Shown here: in pieces, positions 1 through 34,776 of the stretch
Layout: the number at the start of each line of letters is the position of its first letter
Position numbering within the stretch: position 1 is the first letter of the stretch
Source: the human T2T-CHM13v2.0 reference genome, Homo sapiens
Length of the DNA: 64,000 nt
Direction: 5' to 3' (one strand)
Assembly (NCBI RefSeq): GCF_009914755.1
Contig: NC_060940.1
Notes under the pieces: generated by a model
What the model was told of the DNA's origin: nothing
The model's input: only the letters and a program-made list of their open reading frames with translations
Databases searched by the model: none
Made by a program: the position numbers and the translations under genes

Positions 1-2888
<2,888 letters not shown>

Positions 2889-3491
2889 GGGCTGCCTGGG
2901 GTGGCTGAGGGCAAGTTATGAGGGCCTTGCAGGCAGGATGGGCAGATACCAGGATCCAAGGTGCCGGCACTCCAGAGGCAGCTTGCCCCCTGGCCTGCCT
3001 TGATGGATGAAGGCTTCTAAAAAGCAGCTCAACAGGGCAACCCACCCAGCTCACAAAAGGGGCTCGTGGACAGGTTCAGACCTAGCTGTACAGCCTTCAG
3101 GACTGTTTGTGCAGCTAAGGAATGTCCCCATCATTAGAGAATCTTGCCTTGTCCCAGCCTGATTGAAGTTGCCCGAGGTTCCCACAATGACCCATTGAAG
3201 GGGGTTGCCATGGCAGCTGGTTCTAGAATGGTGCAAACTGCACAGCTAACTGTCTGCACCCACCAACTAGTGAGGCTGCCGGGGGGTCGCCTGGCAAACA
3301 AACGTGTTTTACAATGTTCCTTTCGCGAGTCCCAGTCTGCCTCCTTCAGGCCTCGGTTTTTCTCCCCTGTAATAATAACCTCTTGCAGCTGGCCTCACAG
3401 GCGAAAACAAGGGATGATGTCAGCTGTTTGTTGTTGAAACTGTTTCGTCTAACCCTGTTTCCATAACATTGTGGGTCCAAGGCTTAGGGTA

Positions 3492-5885
<2,394 letters not shown>

Positions 5886-6066
5886 CTATTGTTGCTTTCT
5901 TTATTTCTAAACACCCTCCCCATTTTACTCCCTCAGAAACTACAAAGCACCTGCTGTATATTGTACAGGTTAAAATGATGTCACATTTAAATTGGATTTT
6001 TAAGGCTGGGCGTGGTGGTTTACGCCTATGATCCCAGCACTTTGGGAGGCTGAGGCAGAAGGATCA

Positions 6067-6423
<357 letters not shown>

Positions 6424-6947
6424 TCATTGGTGTCACCTTCACAGTGTCGTGAAGTGCTCTTACATTCCTCGTTTCCGTGGAGGGAAATGTTAGCATTCCT
6501 GTTTTCCAAAGTCCCACATGTGACCGTGTGGACAAGTCTAGCTGCTTGTCTGAGGGGGTGTTTGCCTTAGCCCCTTTTTCAGGCCTCTTAAGGCCTTTGT
6601 AAGTACTGGGCCCTAGCTGAACCCCAGCATCCTTAAAGCCCTCTTGAGAGAGAGAGAGAGCAGGTTTGGACAAGCCCTGCCTCGAGGACTATGGCATGGG
6701 TCAGCTTCTGGAAGGGCAACTGTCGGGGACGCACTTTCCCTTGAACTCAGCACCATCCAAGCCCTGAATGTGGCCCAGTCACCCTGGGCAGAAAAAAGAC
6801 CTCAGCCACTTTCCCCACAGCTCTCTCTCCTGCCCCTTCTTCCCCAGGACAGGAGTCCAGAGCATGTCCCCTACATGTGAGACAGCAGGTGGGTCTTGGG
6901 TGAGAAACCTCTCACTGCATATCACACAGAGGGGGAGGTTGTAGTAA

Positions 6948-7488
<541 letters not shown>

Positions 7489-8662
7489 TAAGTTTTATGT
7501 AGAGATGTGGTCTTGCTGTGTTAACAGCCCACGCTGGTCTTGAACTCCTGACCTCAAGCACTCTTCCACCTTGGCCTCCGAAAGCAGTCGGATTACAGAC
7601 GTGAGCTACCATGCCTGGCCCATGTGTGCAAGTTTTTATATGGACCTATGTTTTCATTTCTTTTGGGAATATACCTAGGATTAGAATCAGAGATCATCTG
7701 GTATCTCTATAATCTTGTGAGGAACTGCCACACTGACTTCTAAAATGGCTGCACAATTTACATTCCCAGCAGCAGTGTATGAGAATTACGATTTCTCCTT
7801 ATGGTTAACAGCACTTAGTATCTGACTTTCGCTTCTGACCATCCTACAGAGTTTGAAGTGGTATCTCATTGTAGTTTTGATTTTCATTTCCCTGATGACG
7901 AATGATGTTGAGCATCTTTTCTTTTTATGTGCTTATTGGCCATTTACACATCATCTTTGGAGAAATGTCTATTCAGATCTTTGCCCATTTTTAATTGGGT
8001 TATTTGTATCATTGAGTTGTAAGAGTTCTGTATATATTCTGCATATACTGGGTCAGATATATGATTTGCAAAATGAGGTTTTCTCCCATTTTGTGGGTTG
8101 TATTTTCATTTTCTTGCTGGTGTCTTTTGAAGCACAAAAGGTACTTTTTATTATGACTTTAATCTCTTCACTTGTTTTAGGTTTACTCGGATTGTCTATT
8201 TCTGCTTGAGTCAGTTTTAATGATTTTCTAGGAATTTGTCCATTTCACCTAAATTATATAATTTGTCCACAGGCAATTATTCATAGTATTTCTTTATAAT
8301 CCTTTTTATTTCTGTAGAGTTGATAGAATGCCCTCTCTTTCATTTCTGATTCTAATAATTTGAGTCTGATTCTTGGCCAATCTAGCTAAAAGTTTGTCAA
8401 TTTTGTTGACCTTTTCAATTAACCAGTGTTTAGTTTCATTGATTTTTCTGTACTATTTTTTTATCCTCTATTTCATTAATTTCACCATATTCTTTGTTAT
8501 TTTCTTATTTCTATTTGTTTTAGGTTCAGTTTGCTTTTCTTTGTTCCAGTGTCTTAAGGTGGAAGGTTAAGTTATTGATTCAAGATCTTTCTTTGTTAAT
8601 ATAGTCACTTACAACAATAAGTGTTCTAAGTGTCTAATCACCACTTTAGCTGCATCCCGTAA

Positions 8663-9055
<393 letters not shown>

Positions 9056-10157
9056 CTTCTTTGACATATTCCTTTTGTGATTTCTTCTTTGACGTATTTG
9101 TCATTTAGTAGAATGTTTTTTAAATTTTTACATGTTTGTGAATTTTCAATAGTTTCTTCTGTTGCCTTTTTTTTTTTTTTTTTTTTGAGATGAAGTCTTC
9201 CTCTGTCACCAGGATGGAGTGCAATGGCATGACCTTGGCTCACTACAACCTCTGCTCCTGGGTTCAAGCAGTTCTCCTGCCTCAGCCTCCCGAGTAGCTG
9301 GGACTACAGGCACGCACCACCACACCCAGCTAATTTTTGTATTTTTAGTAGAGATGGGGTTTCACCATGTTGGCCAGGATGGTCTCGATCTCCTGACTTC
9401 ATGATCTGCCTGCTGTAGCCTCTCAAAGTGCTGGGATTACAGGTGTGAGCCACCACGTCCGGCCTGTTTTTGTTTTTTGTTTGTTTGTTTGTTTTAAGCC
9501 CTGTCTATGGGAGCCATTGGCAATCCAAGAACTTTTTTATTTTATTTTTGAATTATAGAGACGGGAGCTCACTATGTTGCCCAGGCTGGTCTGGAACTCC
9601 TGAGCTCAAATGATACTCCTGCCTCAAGCTCCCAAAGTGCTGAATTACAGGCATGAGCCACCATACCTGGCCTCTTCTGTTGCTTTCTAATTTAATTCCA
9701 TTGTGGTCAGAGTATGTATTTTGCATAATTTCAGTCCTTTTGAAATTTGTTAAGGCTTGTTTTATGGCTTTACCATATGGTCTACCCTGGAGAGTATTCT
9801 ATGTGCATTTGAGAATAATATGTATTCTACCATTGTTGAGTGGGGTATTCCGTAGATATCTGTTATGTCTAGTTGGTTTATACTATTGTTCAAATCTTCT
9901 CTTTTCTTGCTGGCCTTTTGTTTTGTTAATTTTATTTATTTTATAGTGACAGGGTCTCCCTTGGTTGCCCAGGCTGCTCTGGAACCCCTGGGCTCAAGCC
10001 ATCCTTCCACTGCAGCTACCCAAAATGCTGGGATTACAGGTGTAAGCCACTGAACCCAGCCTCTTGCTCTTCTTTTTTTCTTTTTCTTTTCTTTTTAATT
10101 TTTTTTTTTTTTTTTGAGACAGAGTCTCACTCTGTCACCCAAGCTGGAGGGCAGTAG

Positions 10158-10540
<383 letters not shown>

Positions 10541-10821
10541 TGATCCTCTCACCTCTGCCTCCCAAGTAGCTGGGATTACAGGCAAACACTACCACGCCTG
10601 GCTAATTTTTATATTTTTGGTAGAGATGGGGTTTCACCATGTTGGCCAGGCTGGTCTCAAACTCCTGAACTTCAGATCCACTGGCCTCAGCCTCCCAAAG
10701 TGCTGGGATTACAGGTGTGAGCCACCATGCTGGACCTTCCTTATCTTAGTTATTCTATTCATTACTGAAAATAGGAAATTGAAGTCTCAAACTATTCTTG
10801 TTAATTAACTATTTCTCCTTT

Positions 10822-11785
10822 TGTAACTGAGTACCCCCATTTTTCTAAAAGATAGTTTATTTTAAAAATTATTTTCTCTTCCTTTCTCCTTCCCCACTGC
10901 TCCCCACTTCCTACTTAGCCCTTTAGAAATGCAAAGAGAGGCCTGGTGAGTTGGCTCATGCCTGTAATCCCAGCACTCTGGGAGGCCGAGGTGGGTGGAT
11001 CACTTGAGGTCAGGAGTTTGAGATCAGCCTGGCCAACATGGTGAAACCCCATTAGCAGGGCGTGGTGGTGTGCCCCTGTAGTCTCAGCTACTTGGGAGGC
11101 TGAGGTGGGAGAATCACTTGAACCCGGGAGGTGAAGGTTGCCTAGGTGACAGAGTGAGACTCTGTCTCAAAAAAAAAAAAAAAGAAGGCAAAGATAGTCT
11201 TTGACCCCTCCTTCACCAGTCACTCCCTACAGGGCAAGTTCATGTAACTCCTGGAGAGTTAAGAAACAGACTTAGAGACCAAAGCACGCCCCTTATAGGA
11301 CTTTCACCTGGGAACTTCCACTCTCCAGGGATTGCCTGAGAGCTCAGTCTCACCAGGAGGACATGTTGAAAGCGTGCCCATGGCCACTTTTACAACTTAC
11401 TTCTTCCCAGGAAGGTGCCAACTCAGCTGCCCAGTAGATAAGACATCACGCTCAAAAGGAGACCCCTGCCCTTGCTGGCTGTATCCCCTACGTCTTAAAA
11501 GTGCCCACTTTTTCTCCAGAAGTGAAGCGGCACGTTTAAAGCCAGGGCGCTTTGTGCCCCTTCCCCAAGCTAGAACTTTTTTATTTTATTTTTGAATTAC
11601 GGAGACGGGATCTCACTATGTTGCCCAGGCTGGTCTGGAACTCCTGAGCTCAAATGATACTCCTGCCTCAAGCTCCCAAAGTGCTGATAATTCGGAATAA
11701 ATTCACTTTCTTTTTGGTACCAGACCTTGCTCATGGTAACTGAACCCTGCAATGCAGCGAGCAACCAACGTGCTTTTCAGTTACA
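10822..11785 (+). mobile_element. Solo LTR (ERV1-class, family not assigned), interrupted by an Alu and a duplicated Alu fragment
   Basis: TGTAACTGA...TCAGTTACA termini, 4-bp TSD CTTT on both sides, AATAAA at 11696-11701. Confidence 0.75.
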
Positions 11786-12472
11786 CTTTCAGTTCTGTCA
11801 GTGTTTCCTTCATGTATTTTATAAAGGGCTCTGTTAAGTGCATGTATGTTTATAATTATTATATCTTCCAGATAGTTTGGCCCTCTGAGTGGAAAAAAAC
11901 TCAGTTTCTTTCACACTGTTCTCACAACACGCTTTTTTTTTTTTTTTTTTTAGATAGAGACTCACTTCGTTGTCCAGTCTGGAGTGCAGTGGTGCGATCT
12001 TGGCTCACTGCAGCCTCTGCCTCCCAGGTTCAAGTGATTCTCCTGCCCCATCCTCCTGAGTAGCTGGGATTACATGCACGCAACATCAGGAACTGCTAAG
12101 TTTTTTTGTATTTTTAGTAGAAACAGGGTTTCACCGTGTTGGCCAGACTGTTATCGAACTCCTGGCCTCATGTTCTGCCTGACTTGGTCTCCCAAAGTGC
12201 TGGGATTATAGGCATGAGCCACCGCGCCAAGCTCGCAACACACTTCTGACACCAGATGTGTGAGGATTTCTCCCTACAGCAAGCAATAATTTCTGCAGGC
12301 AGCCTGCTTCCCCTTTTGCCCTCCAGAGCCAGGCTCCACAGGAGCCCGAGAGATCCTTTAAAATGTAAATACAGACCGGGTGCTGTGGCACTTTGGGAGG
12401 ATGACGCGGGCAGATTGCTTGAGCTCAGGAATTCGAGACCAGCCTGAGCAACGTGGTGAAACCCCATCTCTA

Positions 12473-13208
<736 letters not shown>

Positions 13209-13309
13209 TAGGAAGCTTACTGTTAGGCCAAGAGTGCAGCTGTGAGGGTGTGGTCATGTGGACCCTCCAATTGGCCAGTGCCACCGACTTCTCTGTGACC
13301 CCTCCATGC

Positions 13310-15997
<2,688 letters not shown>

Positions 15998-16180
15998 GAC
16001 ATGCTTTCAAGCCCAGCATTTCCCAAACTTGTTTGCCCATGGAACCCTTTCCCACTCCTTGGGAAACACTGGATTTGGAACCCGTTCTTCCTTCTCAAGC
16101 TCTTAGTCACCTAGAGCCACGGGAAAAGGCAGGGGTGGGACAGAACCTGGACCCCCAGTCCACAGACTCAGTTCCTTTGA

Positions 16181-16557
<377 letters not shown>

Positions 16558-16594
16558 TAGCAGGAAGCTGGGGAGCAGGCGGGTGGCTGACTGA

Positions 16595-18283
<1,689 letters not shown>

Positions 18284-18326
18284 TGAATGTACAATGAGGT
18301 CTTATCTTAGGGCAGGGAGGCTGTTA

Positions 18327-18740
<414 letters not shown>

Positions 18741-18882
18741 TCATGCCTGTAATCTTAGCACTTTGGGAGGCCAAGGCAGGAAGACTGCTTGAACTGGAAG
18801 TTCGAGACCACCCTGGGTAACATCAAGACCTCATCTCTAAAAAAATTTTTAAACACTAGCTGTGTGCGGTGGCTCACGCCTA

Positions 18883-19164
<282 letters not shown>

Positions 19165-19573
19165 TCACGCCTGTAATCCCAGTCCCTTGGGAGGATGAGG
19201 CAGGTGGATCACTTGAAGTCAGGAGTTCGAGACCAGCCTGGCCAACATAGCGAAACTCCGTCTCGACTAAAAATACAAAAGTTAGCCAGGCTTGATAGTG
19301 CGCGCCTGTAATCCCAGCTACCTCGGAGGCTGAGACAGGAGAAACACTTTGAACCCGGGAGGCAGAGGTTGCAGTGAGCAGAGATTGTGCCACTCCCGCC
19401 TGGGCGATAGCGAGACTCCTCCTCAAAACAAAAAAAAAAGCCTGAGTGGTGGCGCAGGCCTGTAGTCCCAACTACTCAGGAGGCTGAGGTGGGAAGATTG
19501 CTTGAGCCTAGCAGTTCAAGACTGCACTGGGTTATGATCGTGCCACTGCACTCCAGCCTGGGCAACAGAGTGA

Positions 19574-19912
<339 letters not shown>

Positions 19913-20015
19913 TGATGAAAAAAATTTTTTTTAATTAATTTAAAAACTAATAGGCCGGGTGCGGTAGCTCATGCCTGTACTCCCAGCACTTTGGGAGGCT
20001 GAGGAAGGCGGATCA

Positions 20016-20533
<518 letters not shown>

Positions 20534-20825
20534 TGATGGCTTGAGGTGAGCTGGCTGAAGACTCCTTGACTCTGCCCCCCTCCCAGGTGCAGCTGTGTTC
20601 TGCAGCAAAACAGGCTGGGGGAAAGCGAGCTGGCTGCGAAGGCAGCTGCTGCCTCTCAAAGCTGATTCACTGGTGCGGTGGGGGGCCCAGCAGGTGTGGG
20701 GCTACACGGTTCTGTGTCTCAGGTGGCTGTTCAGACGGCAGGTGAGGCCGGTGCGGTGGCTCATACCTGTAATCCCAACGCTTTACAAGGCTGAGGCAGG
20801 CAGATCACTTGAGCTCAGGAGTTCA

Positions 20826-21608
<783 letters not shown>

Positions 21609-22351
21609 TAGGCTGGAGAAGGGCTGGCAAAGGGAGAATTCCTCACCTAGACCTTCTGGCCCTTCCCGAAGGTTCTGCATGAGGTGGGGATGCACTTGAG
21701 GCTGGGAACCAGTGGGGCTTTACTGGCATTTTACTGTGTGTAAATTACACTTCAATGAAAAGCAAACGAATCCCACCACCCCCCCCCACCCATATAAACA
21801 GAAGGGCCCGGACAATGTTCGTCTTTTTGACCACTGCGTCACCTGCCCCTGGAAGGGCAGGGGTAGTGAAGGCTCCATCACATTTGCTGAATGACTCAGT
21901 GAATGATTAAGAGAACTTCTTGTGCCAACTGTTACATTCTTAACATTTCCCTGAGCCAAGAGGTAGAAATATTTACTGACATTTTGGGCTGGGTGATAAA
22001 AATAAAAAAATAATAATAAAAAGAAATATTTAGGCTGGGTGCGGTGGCTCACATATGTAATCCCAGCGCTTTGGGAATCTGAGGTGGGAGGATCACTTAA
22101 GACAAAGAGTTTGAGACAAGCCAGGGTAACACAGGGAGACCCCATCTCTACACAAATAAAAAATTTAGCTGGGACTGGGCGCGGTGGTTCACGCCTATAA
22201 TCCCAGCACTTTGGGAGGCCGAGGTGTGGTGGATCACTTGAGGTCAGGAGTTTGAGACCAGCCTGGCCAACATGGTGAAACCCCGTCTCTTCTAGAAAAA
22301 TACAAAATTAGGCTGGGTGCAGAGGCTCACGCCTGTAATCCCAGCACTTTA

Positions 22352-22825
<474 letters not shown>

Positions 22826-23411
22826 TCACGCCTGTAATCCCAGCACTTTGGGAGGCTGAGGCGAGTGGATCACGAGTTCAGGAGATTGAGACCATCCTAG
22901 CTAACATGGTGAAACCCCATCTCTACTAAAAATACAAAAAATTAGCCGGGCGTGGTGGCTGGCGCCTGTAGTCCCAGCTACTCAGGAGGCTGAGGCAGGA
23001 GAATGGCATGAACCTGGGAGGCAGAGCTTGCAGTAAGCCGAGATCCCACCACTGCACTCCAGCCTGGGCGACAGAGCAAGACTCCGTCTCAAAAAACAAA
23101 AACAAAAACAAAAAAACCTAGCTGGATGTGGTGGCTCATACCTGTGATCCTAGTACTTTGGGTGCAGAGGCTTAAACCTGTAATGAGGGAGGATTGCTTG
23201 AGGCCAGGAGTTCAAGACTTGGCCAACAGAAGAAAACTGTCTCTACAAAAAAAAAATTATAAAATTAGCCAAGCGTGGTAGCACATGCCTGTAGTCCCAG
23301 CTACCTGGGAGGCTGAGGTGGGAGGATTGCTTCAGCATGGGAGGTTGAGGCTGCAGTGAGCTGTGACTGCATCACTGACTCCAGCCTGGGTGACACAGAA
23401 AGACCATCTCA

Positions 23412-23732
<321 letters not shown>

Positions 23733-23746
23733 TCAGTCTCAAAAAA

Positions 23747-23777
<31 letters not shown>

Positions 23778-24524
23778 CAACCCACCAAGGTTGTTTCCGT
23801 GAAGGCTTCCAAGTCGGGGGGCTGTTGCTGGGATGCACTGGGGTGTGTTGGGGGAAAAGGGACCAAGGAAACCCATGGCGTATGGCTGACCCCAAGGCTG
23901 GCACACTGTAATCAGGCTGGGACCCATTTGAGGCAACTTTGAATGGAAAATAACTCATTAAAGGGGAACCAATTCACAGCCTATGAAGTGGGGGTGGACA
24001 GGAGGGTTGGCTGTCTCTGGAGATGCTGGGCCGAGTGTGGGTGGACTGCATGCAGGGGTACGTGCTCAGACCGTGCACCACTGGCCAGGAACCAGGTCTC
24101 CTGCCAACACTCCTCTTCAGAGAGACCCAGGCCACCATGTCCTGGGGTCATCTTGGTGCCCTTTCTCCATGCAGCTGGAGCCAGTTCCATTCAGCATGTC
24201 CATCGTGCACCCAGCACTACGCCAGACCCTGCATGGGGGTGAGCAGGGGCTGCAGTGTCTGCCTGCGTGTCCGTAGTTGTCACTTATTAGAAAGACTCTG
24301 AAGCTGATGAAGCCCTGCCACGTGTGCCAAAACAGAGCACATCCCTTGTCCCAGGACCGTTGTCCCAGCTTCCTGGCTCTTGTGCTATGAAGATTTCATT
24401 GCTGGCCAGGCTCGGTGGCTCACGCCTGTAATCCCAGCACTTTGGGAGGCTGAGGCAGGCGGATCACCTGAGGTCAGGAGTTCAAGACCAACCTGACCAA
24501 CATGATGAAAGCCGATCGCTACTA

Positions 24525-24960
<436 letters not shown>

Positions 24961-25017
24961 CTAAAGTAAACTAAAATACAATCTTAGGATTTTGAACCAC
25001 ACAAATGGTTTGTATTA

Positions 25018-25257
<240 letters not shown>

Positions 25258-25798
25258 CTAGTTACTTGGGAGGCTGAGGCAGGAGAATTGCTTCAGCTCA
25301 GGAGGCGGAGGCTGCAGTGAGCCAAGATCGCACCACTGCACTCCAGCCTGGGCGAGAGAGCAAGACTGTATCTCAAAAAAAAAAAAAAAAAAAAATAGGC
25401 CAAGAAGACCAGATCTAAGATTTACAAGAATTTAGCATATGACCACTACAGGAAGGATGGATTACTCCACAACCAGTGTTAGGAAAACCATTTCAAGGAA
25501 TAACAGTAAGTCTTAAGTCCGATAGCAATCCTCTAGATGACACAAGGCAGTAGCACGGTGACAAATGCAGGATGGGAGCAAGATCTCATGACTGTGTCTC
25601 TGTCTTGCTCTCCACCATGTGACTTACATGTAAGACTTAGGTTTCCCAGTGTCGTTTTGGGTCTTGCTCTGTCCCCCAGGCTGGAGTGTAGTGGCCTAAT
25701 CATGGCTCAGTGCAGCCTTGAACTCCCAGGCTCAAGTGATCCTCCCACCTCGGCCTCCTGAGTAGCTGGGACTACAGGCGTGTGCCACCATGCCTGGC

Positions 25799-25830
<32 letters not shown>

Positions 25831-25890
25831 ATACAGTCTCGCTCTGTCGCCCAGCCTGGAGTGCAGTGGCGCAATCTTGGCTCATTGTAA

Positions 25891-26177
<287 letters not shown>

Positions 26178-26385
26178 TAGAGACAGGGTTTCACCACATT
26201 GGCCAGGCTGGTCTTGAACTCCTGACCTCAGGTGATTTGCCTGCCTCGGCCTCCCAAAGTGCTGGGATTACAGGCGTGAGCCACCGTGCCCAGCCAATTT
26301 TTTTGTATTTTTAGTAGAGATGGGGTTTCACCATGTTGGCTAGGCTGGTCTCGAACTCCTGACCCCAAGTGATCCACCCACCTCA

Positions 26386-26927
<542 letters not shown>

Positions 26928-27505
26928 TTAAAATAAAAAAATTAAAATTAAAATAAAGAGGAGGTAACAGAGACTCAGCAAAGAAACGAGCCCAAGCCTG
27001 CTGGGCTGGGAGGGGGCCTGGAGTGGCTGTGGTTCAGAGCCCAGGCTTTGGAACAGACGTGCCTAGGTTTGAATCCTGATTCTGCCACCTGCTGGTTGGA
27101 TCAGTTCCCTGCGGTTGCTGCGGCAAATCACTCTTGGGGTTCTGGAGGCGGGAATTCTGAAATCAAGGTGTCATAGGCTGTGTTCCACCTGAAAGCTCAG
27201 AGGGGCCTCCTCGCCTCTCCCAGCTTCTGGTGGTTCAAGGTGTCCCTTGGCTTTGGAGCAACTTGGATGGAGGCCGGGGTCATTATTCTAAGTGAAGCAA
27301 CTCAGGAGTGGAAAGCAAAGACTGCATGTTCTCACTTGTAAATGAGCTAAGCCATAGGTGTGAAAAGACAGACCGAGCAGGATAATGGACACAGGAGACT
27401 CAGGATAATAGAGAGAGGGAAGGATAGAAAACTACATATTGGAGCCAGGCGCGGTGGCTCACACCTGTAATCCCAGCACTTTGGGAGGCTGAGGCAGGCG
27501 AATCA

Positions 27506-27759
<254 letters not shown>

Positions 27760-28503
27760 TCACTTCTGTTGACACCCCAGTGGCCACACTAAGCTATAAG
27801 AGAGGCTGTGAAATGGAGTCTTGATTCTGGGCAGCTGGGTTCCAGCTAAAAGTCCAGAGTTCTGTTCGTAAGCGTGAGCGGGACACCCGACAGGAAGAGA
27901 GAAGTAGAAGCCTGTTTGCAGCTTTGCAGGAACTATGGCCCGACCCTCTGGGGAAATGGAGGCTCTTCCCAAGCTGACCAGCTGCTGCTCCTATTACAAT
28001 GGGGATGTAGTAATTGGAGAGAGGGTGGAATTCATGGGGGCAGTTGGTTCTTTGTGGAGTTGTGGGGATAGGACGTGAGGTTTTTCCCTAACGCTTGAGC
28101 ACAGTGTGTGTGGCTGTGATAAGTGCTCAGTTCATAGTAGACTGGAGTTCCTGCTGGGACCCCAGGACAGATCAGAAGTAGTAAACATGCCTTAAACATC
28201 CAGGGAGCGAAATCGTCCACATTGGTTTGTGCTTTCCTTCCTTGGGTCTAACTCCCCGTGGAGGAAAGTTCCTATGATACCATCTCTGAGGGGACAGCTT
28301 GTCCCAAGTCGCACGTTCCTTCCCTTTTCATCTGGGCACCTGGAGCCCTTGAGCCTGAGTCTTGTAACGCCCATGCCCACCTGCCTGCTGTCCACACGGC
28401 CTGCTATCCCTCCCCAGCATATGGTAATGGTAGAGGTGGGAGGTTGACATTTTATCCTCAAGGCTCTCCAGGATGGCAGACATGCCTGTGCTTCTGTTCT
28501 TAG

Positions 28504-28804
<301 letters not shown>

Positions 28805-28832
28805 CTACATGATGAAACTCCGTCTCTAGTCA

Positions 28833-29066
<234 letters not shown>

Positions 29067-29231
29067 TCAGCAATTGAGGATTATTAACACTCTACTTGAA
29101 AATCACACATCAGCTGTGCACAGGGTGGCTCATACCTGTAATCCCAGCACTTTGGGAGGCCGAGAAGATAGGATCACTTGAGGCCAAGAGTTTGAGAACA
29201 GCCTGGGAAACATAGGAAGATCACATCTCTA

Positions 29232-29396
<165 letters not shown>

Positions 29397-29627
29397 TCAA
29401 AAAAACACATAATAATAAAATACATCAACTTCCCTGTTATAGGAAAACCTTGGCTTTGATCTCGAGATCGTGTTTGAATCCACGTAGACCCCAGGGTTGC
29501 ATTTAAGCCAAGGCTAAAAGTCCAGAGTCCCAAACTAGAAGCATCAGACCCAAGGGGTGTGATGTCTCCCAGCTTTGCCTTCCTCCATCCCAGCAGCCAT
29601 GCCTCCCTGAACTCCCTGTCTCCCTAG

Positions 29628-29834
<207 letters not shown>

Positions 29835-30743
29835 TAACCCAGAACTTAGCAACTGCAAACAACAAACGTTTTCAGTTTAGGAGGAGCAAGAATTTGGGAG
29901 TGACCCAGCAACTTAGCTGGGTGGCTCAGGGTTTCCTGTGAAATTGCAGTCAAGATGTCATCCAGGGCTGGTCTCATCTGAAGGCTCGAATGAGGCTGGA
30001 TGAGCCAATTCAAAGAGAATCCCTCACATGGCTGTTGGTAACACTCTTCAGTTCCTCATCCCATGGACTCTGCCTTTGGGCCACTTGAGAGTCCTCATGA
30101 CATTGCAGCTGACATCTCCCAGATCAAATGATCCAAGAGGGGAAGGAAGAAGCAGCAATGTCTTTTTTTTTTTTTTTTTTTTTTTCGTACAGGGCCTCAC
30201 TCTGGGCACCTGCCCCATACATAGTCAATAAATGAATTGATCCCCATTTCACAGAGGAGAACACTGAGCCTCAGAGAGGTTATTATACTTCCCTCAGGAA
30301 ACGCTGCTGCTCATGGTGGAGCTTGAGACTCAAACCCAGAGCTGCCTGATTCTAAACCTAATTTAACCTCTTTGGGCCAGTCCAGCCACCTCAGTTGCAA
30401 GAACCATGTAGCACTGTTGTTGGACCAACTGTTCCAGTCTACTATGAGGAAGGGGCTATGACTCCTCTAGACACTTCCCCGGGGTCTGACACATCACTGG
30501 CAGTCAGTAAACGATGAATGAATAAATGAATGACTGTCACAGTCCCTCAGAGACTCTCCTCCTCCACCCCACATCCCTGCACTTACGCAGCCAGGAGAGT
30601 GGCATAGTTAGCCTCCAGGGCGGTCGCCAACCATACCTCTTGGTATTCACACAGTTGTTTAGCCCCCTCCCACATTGAATGGGACCAGCTTGTGTAACCT
30701 ACAGGATATTAGAGAGATGATGGAGGGTGACCACCTTCCATCA

Positions 30744-32788
<2,045 letters not shown>

Positions 32789-33088
32789 TCAGGTGCAGTG
32801 GGACCATTGCCAGAAAGGTGTCTCAGACCGCCCAGCCTGCAGCTGAGCTTGGTTTGATTTGGTCTTTTGCAGACAGTAGCTGATGGTGTTTTTTGCTTCT
32901 GCTGCTAGGAAGCTCACCTTGCAGCTCCCCTCTACCAATAGCATCTAGTAGGGGTTGAGCCTCATCGAAGCTGTGTCATTTTCCCTTTCCTGGACTCCCT
33001 CACTATTTTAGTTGAATTTTGTTACACCGTGTAACTTCCCAGGTTGCTGCAACCCTCTTCTGGAAGGAGGCAGGGTGTGAATTCATAG

Positions 33089-33244
<156 letters not shown>

Positions 33245-33404
33245 TGAGTGCCCGCCCGAGCCCCTCCTGGTAGGGGTCCTGCTGCCCAGGCTGTGGGGAA
33301 CACACCCTGGAAGCTCTGGGAGGAAAGATTCCAGACCTTTGGATGAGGGGATGGGGGCTTGGCTGTGGCTGAAAGCACTGAGGAGGAGGGAAGCTCTGGC
33401 CTGA

Positions 33405-33827
<423 letters not shown>

Positions 33828-33929
33828 TGAGTACCACCGCCCAGGGTGCCCCGGCCCTAAGGGCTTGTGGGGCCCATGGAGGTCATCTCCGTGCACCTCC
33901 ATGTGCACCGTTCCATGCACGCTGTGTGT

Positions 33930-34313
<384 letters not shown>

Positions 34314-34455
34314 TCATATCAAAAAAAAAGGCCATGTTGGCAAGGCTGGTCTCAAACTCCTGACCTCAGGTGATCCGCCCACCTCAGCCTCCCAAAGTGC
34401 TGGGATCATAGGTGTATGCCACCGCGCCTAGCCTGGTTTTTACTTTTGGAAATAG

Positions 34456-34776
<321 letters not shown>

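Noticed and set aside
7853-8570. Hydrophobic ORFs resembling membrane proteins
   Set aside because: Antisense L1-derived T-rich sequence
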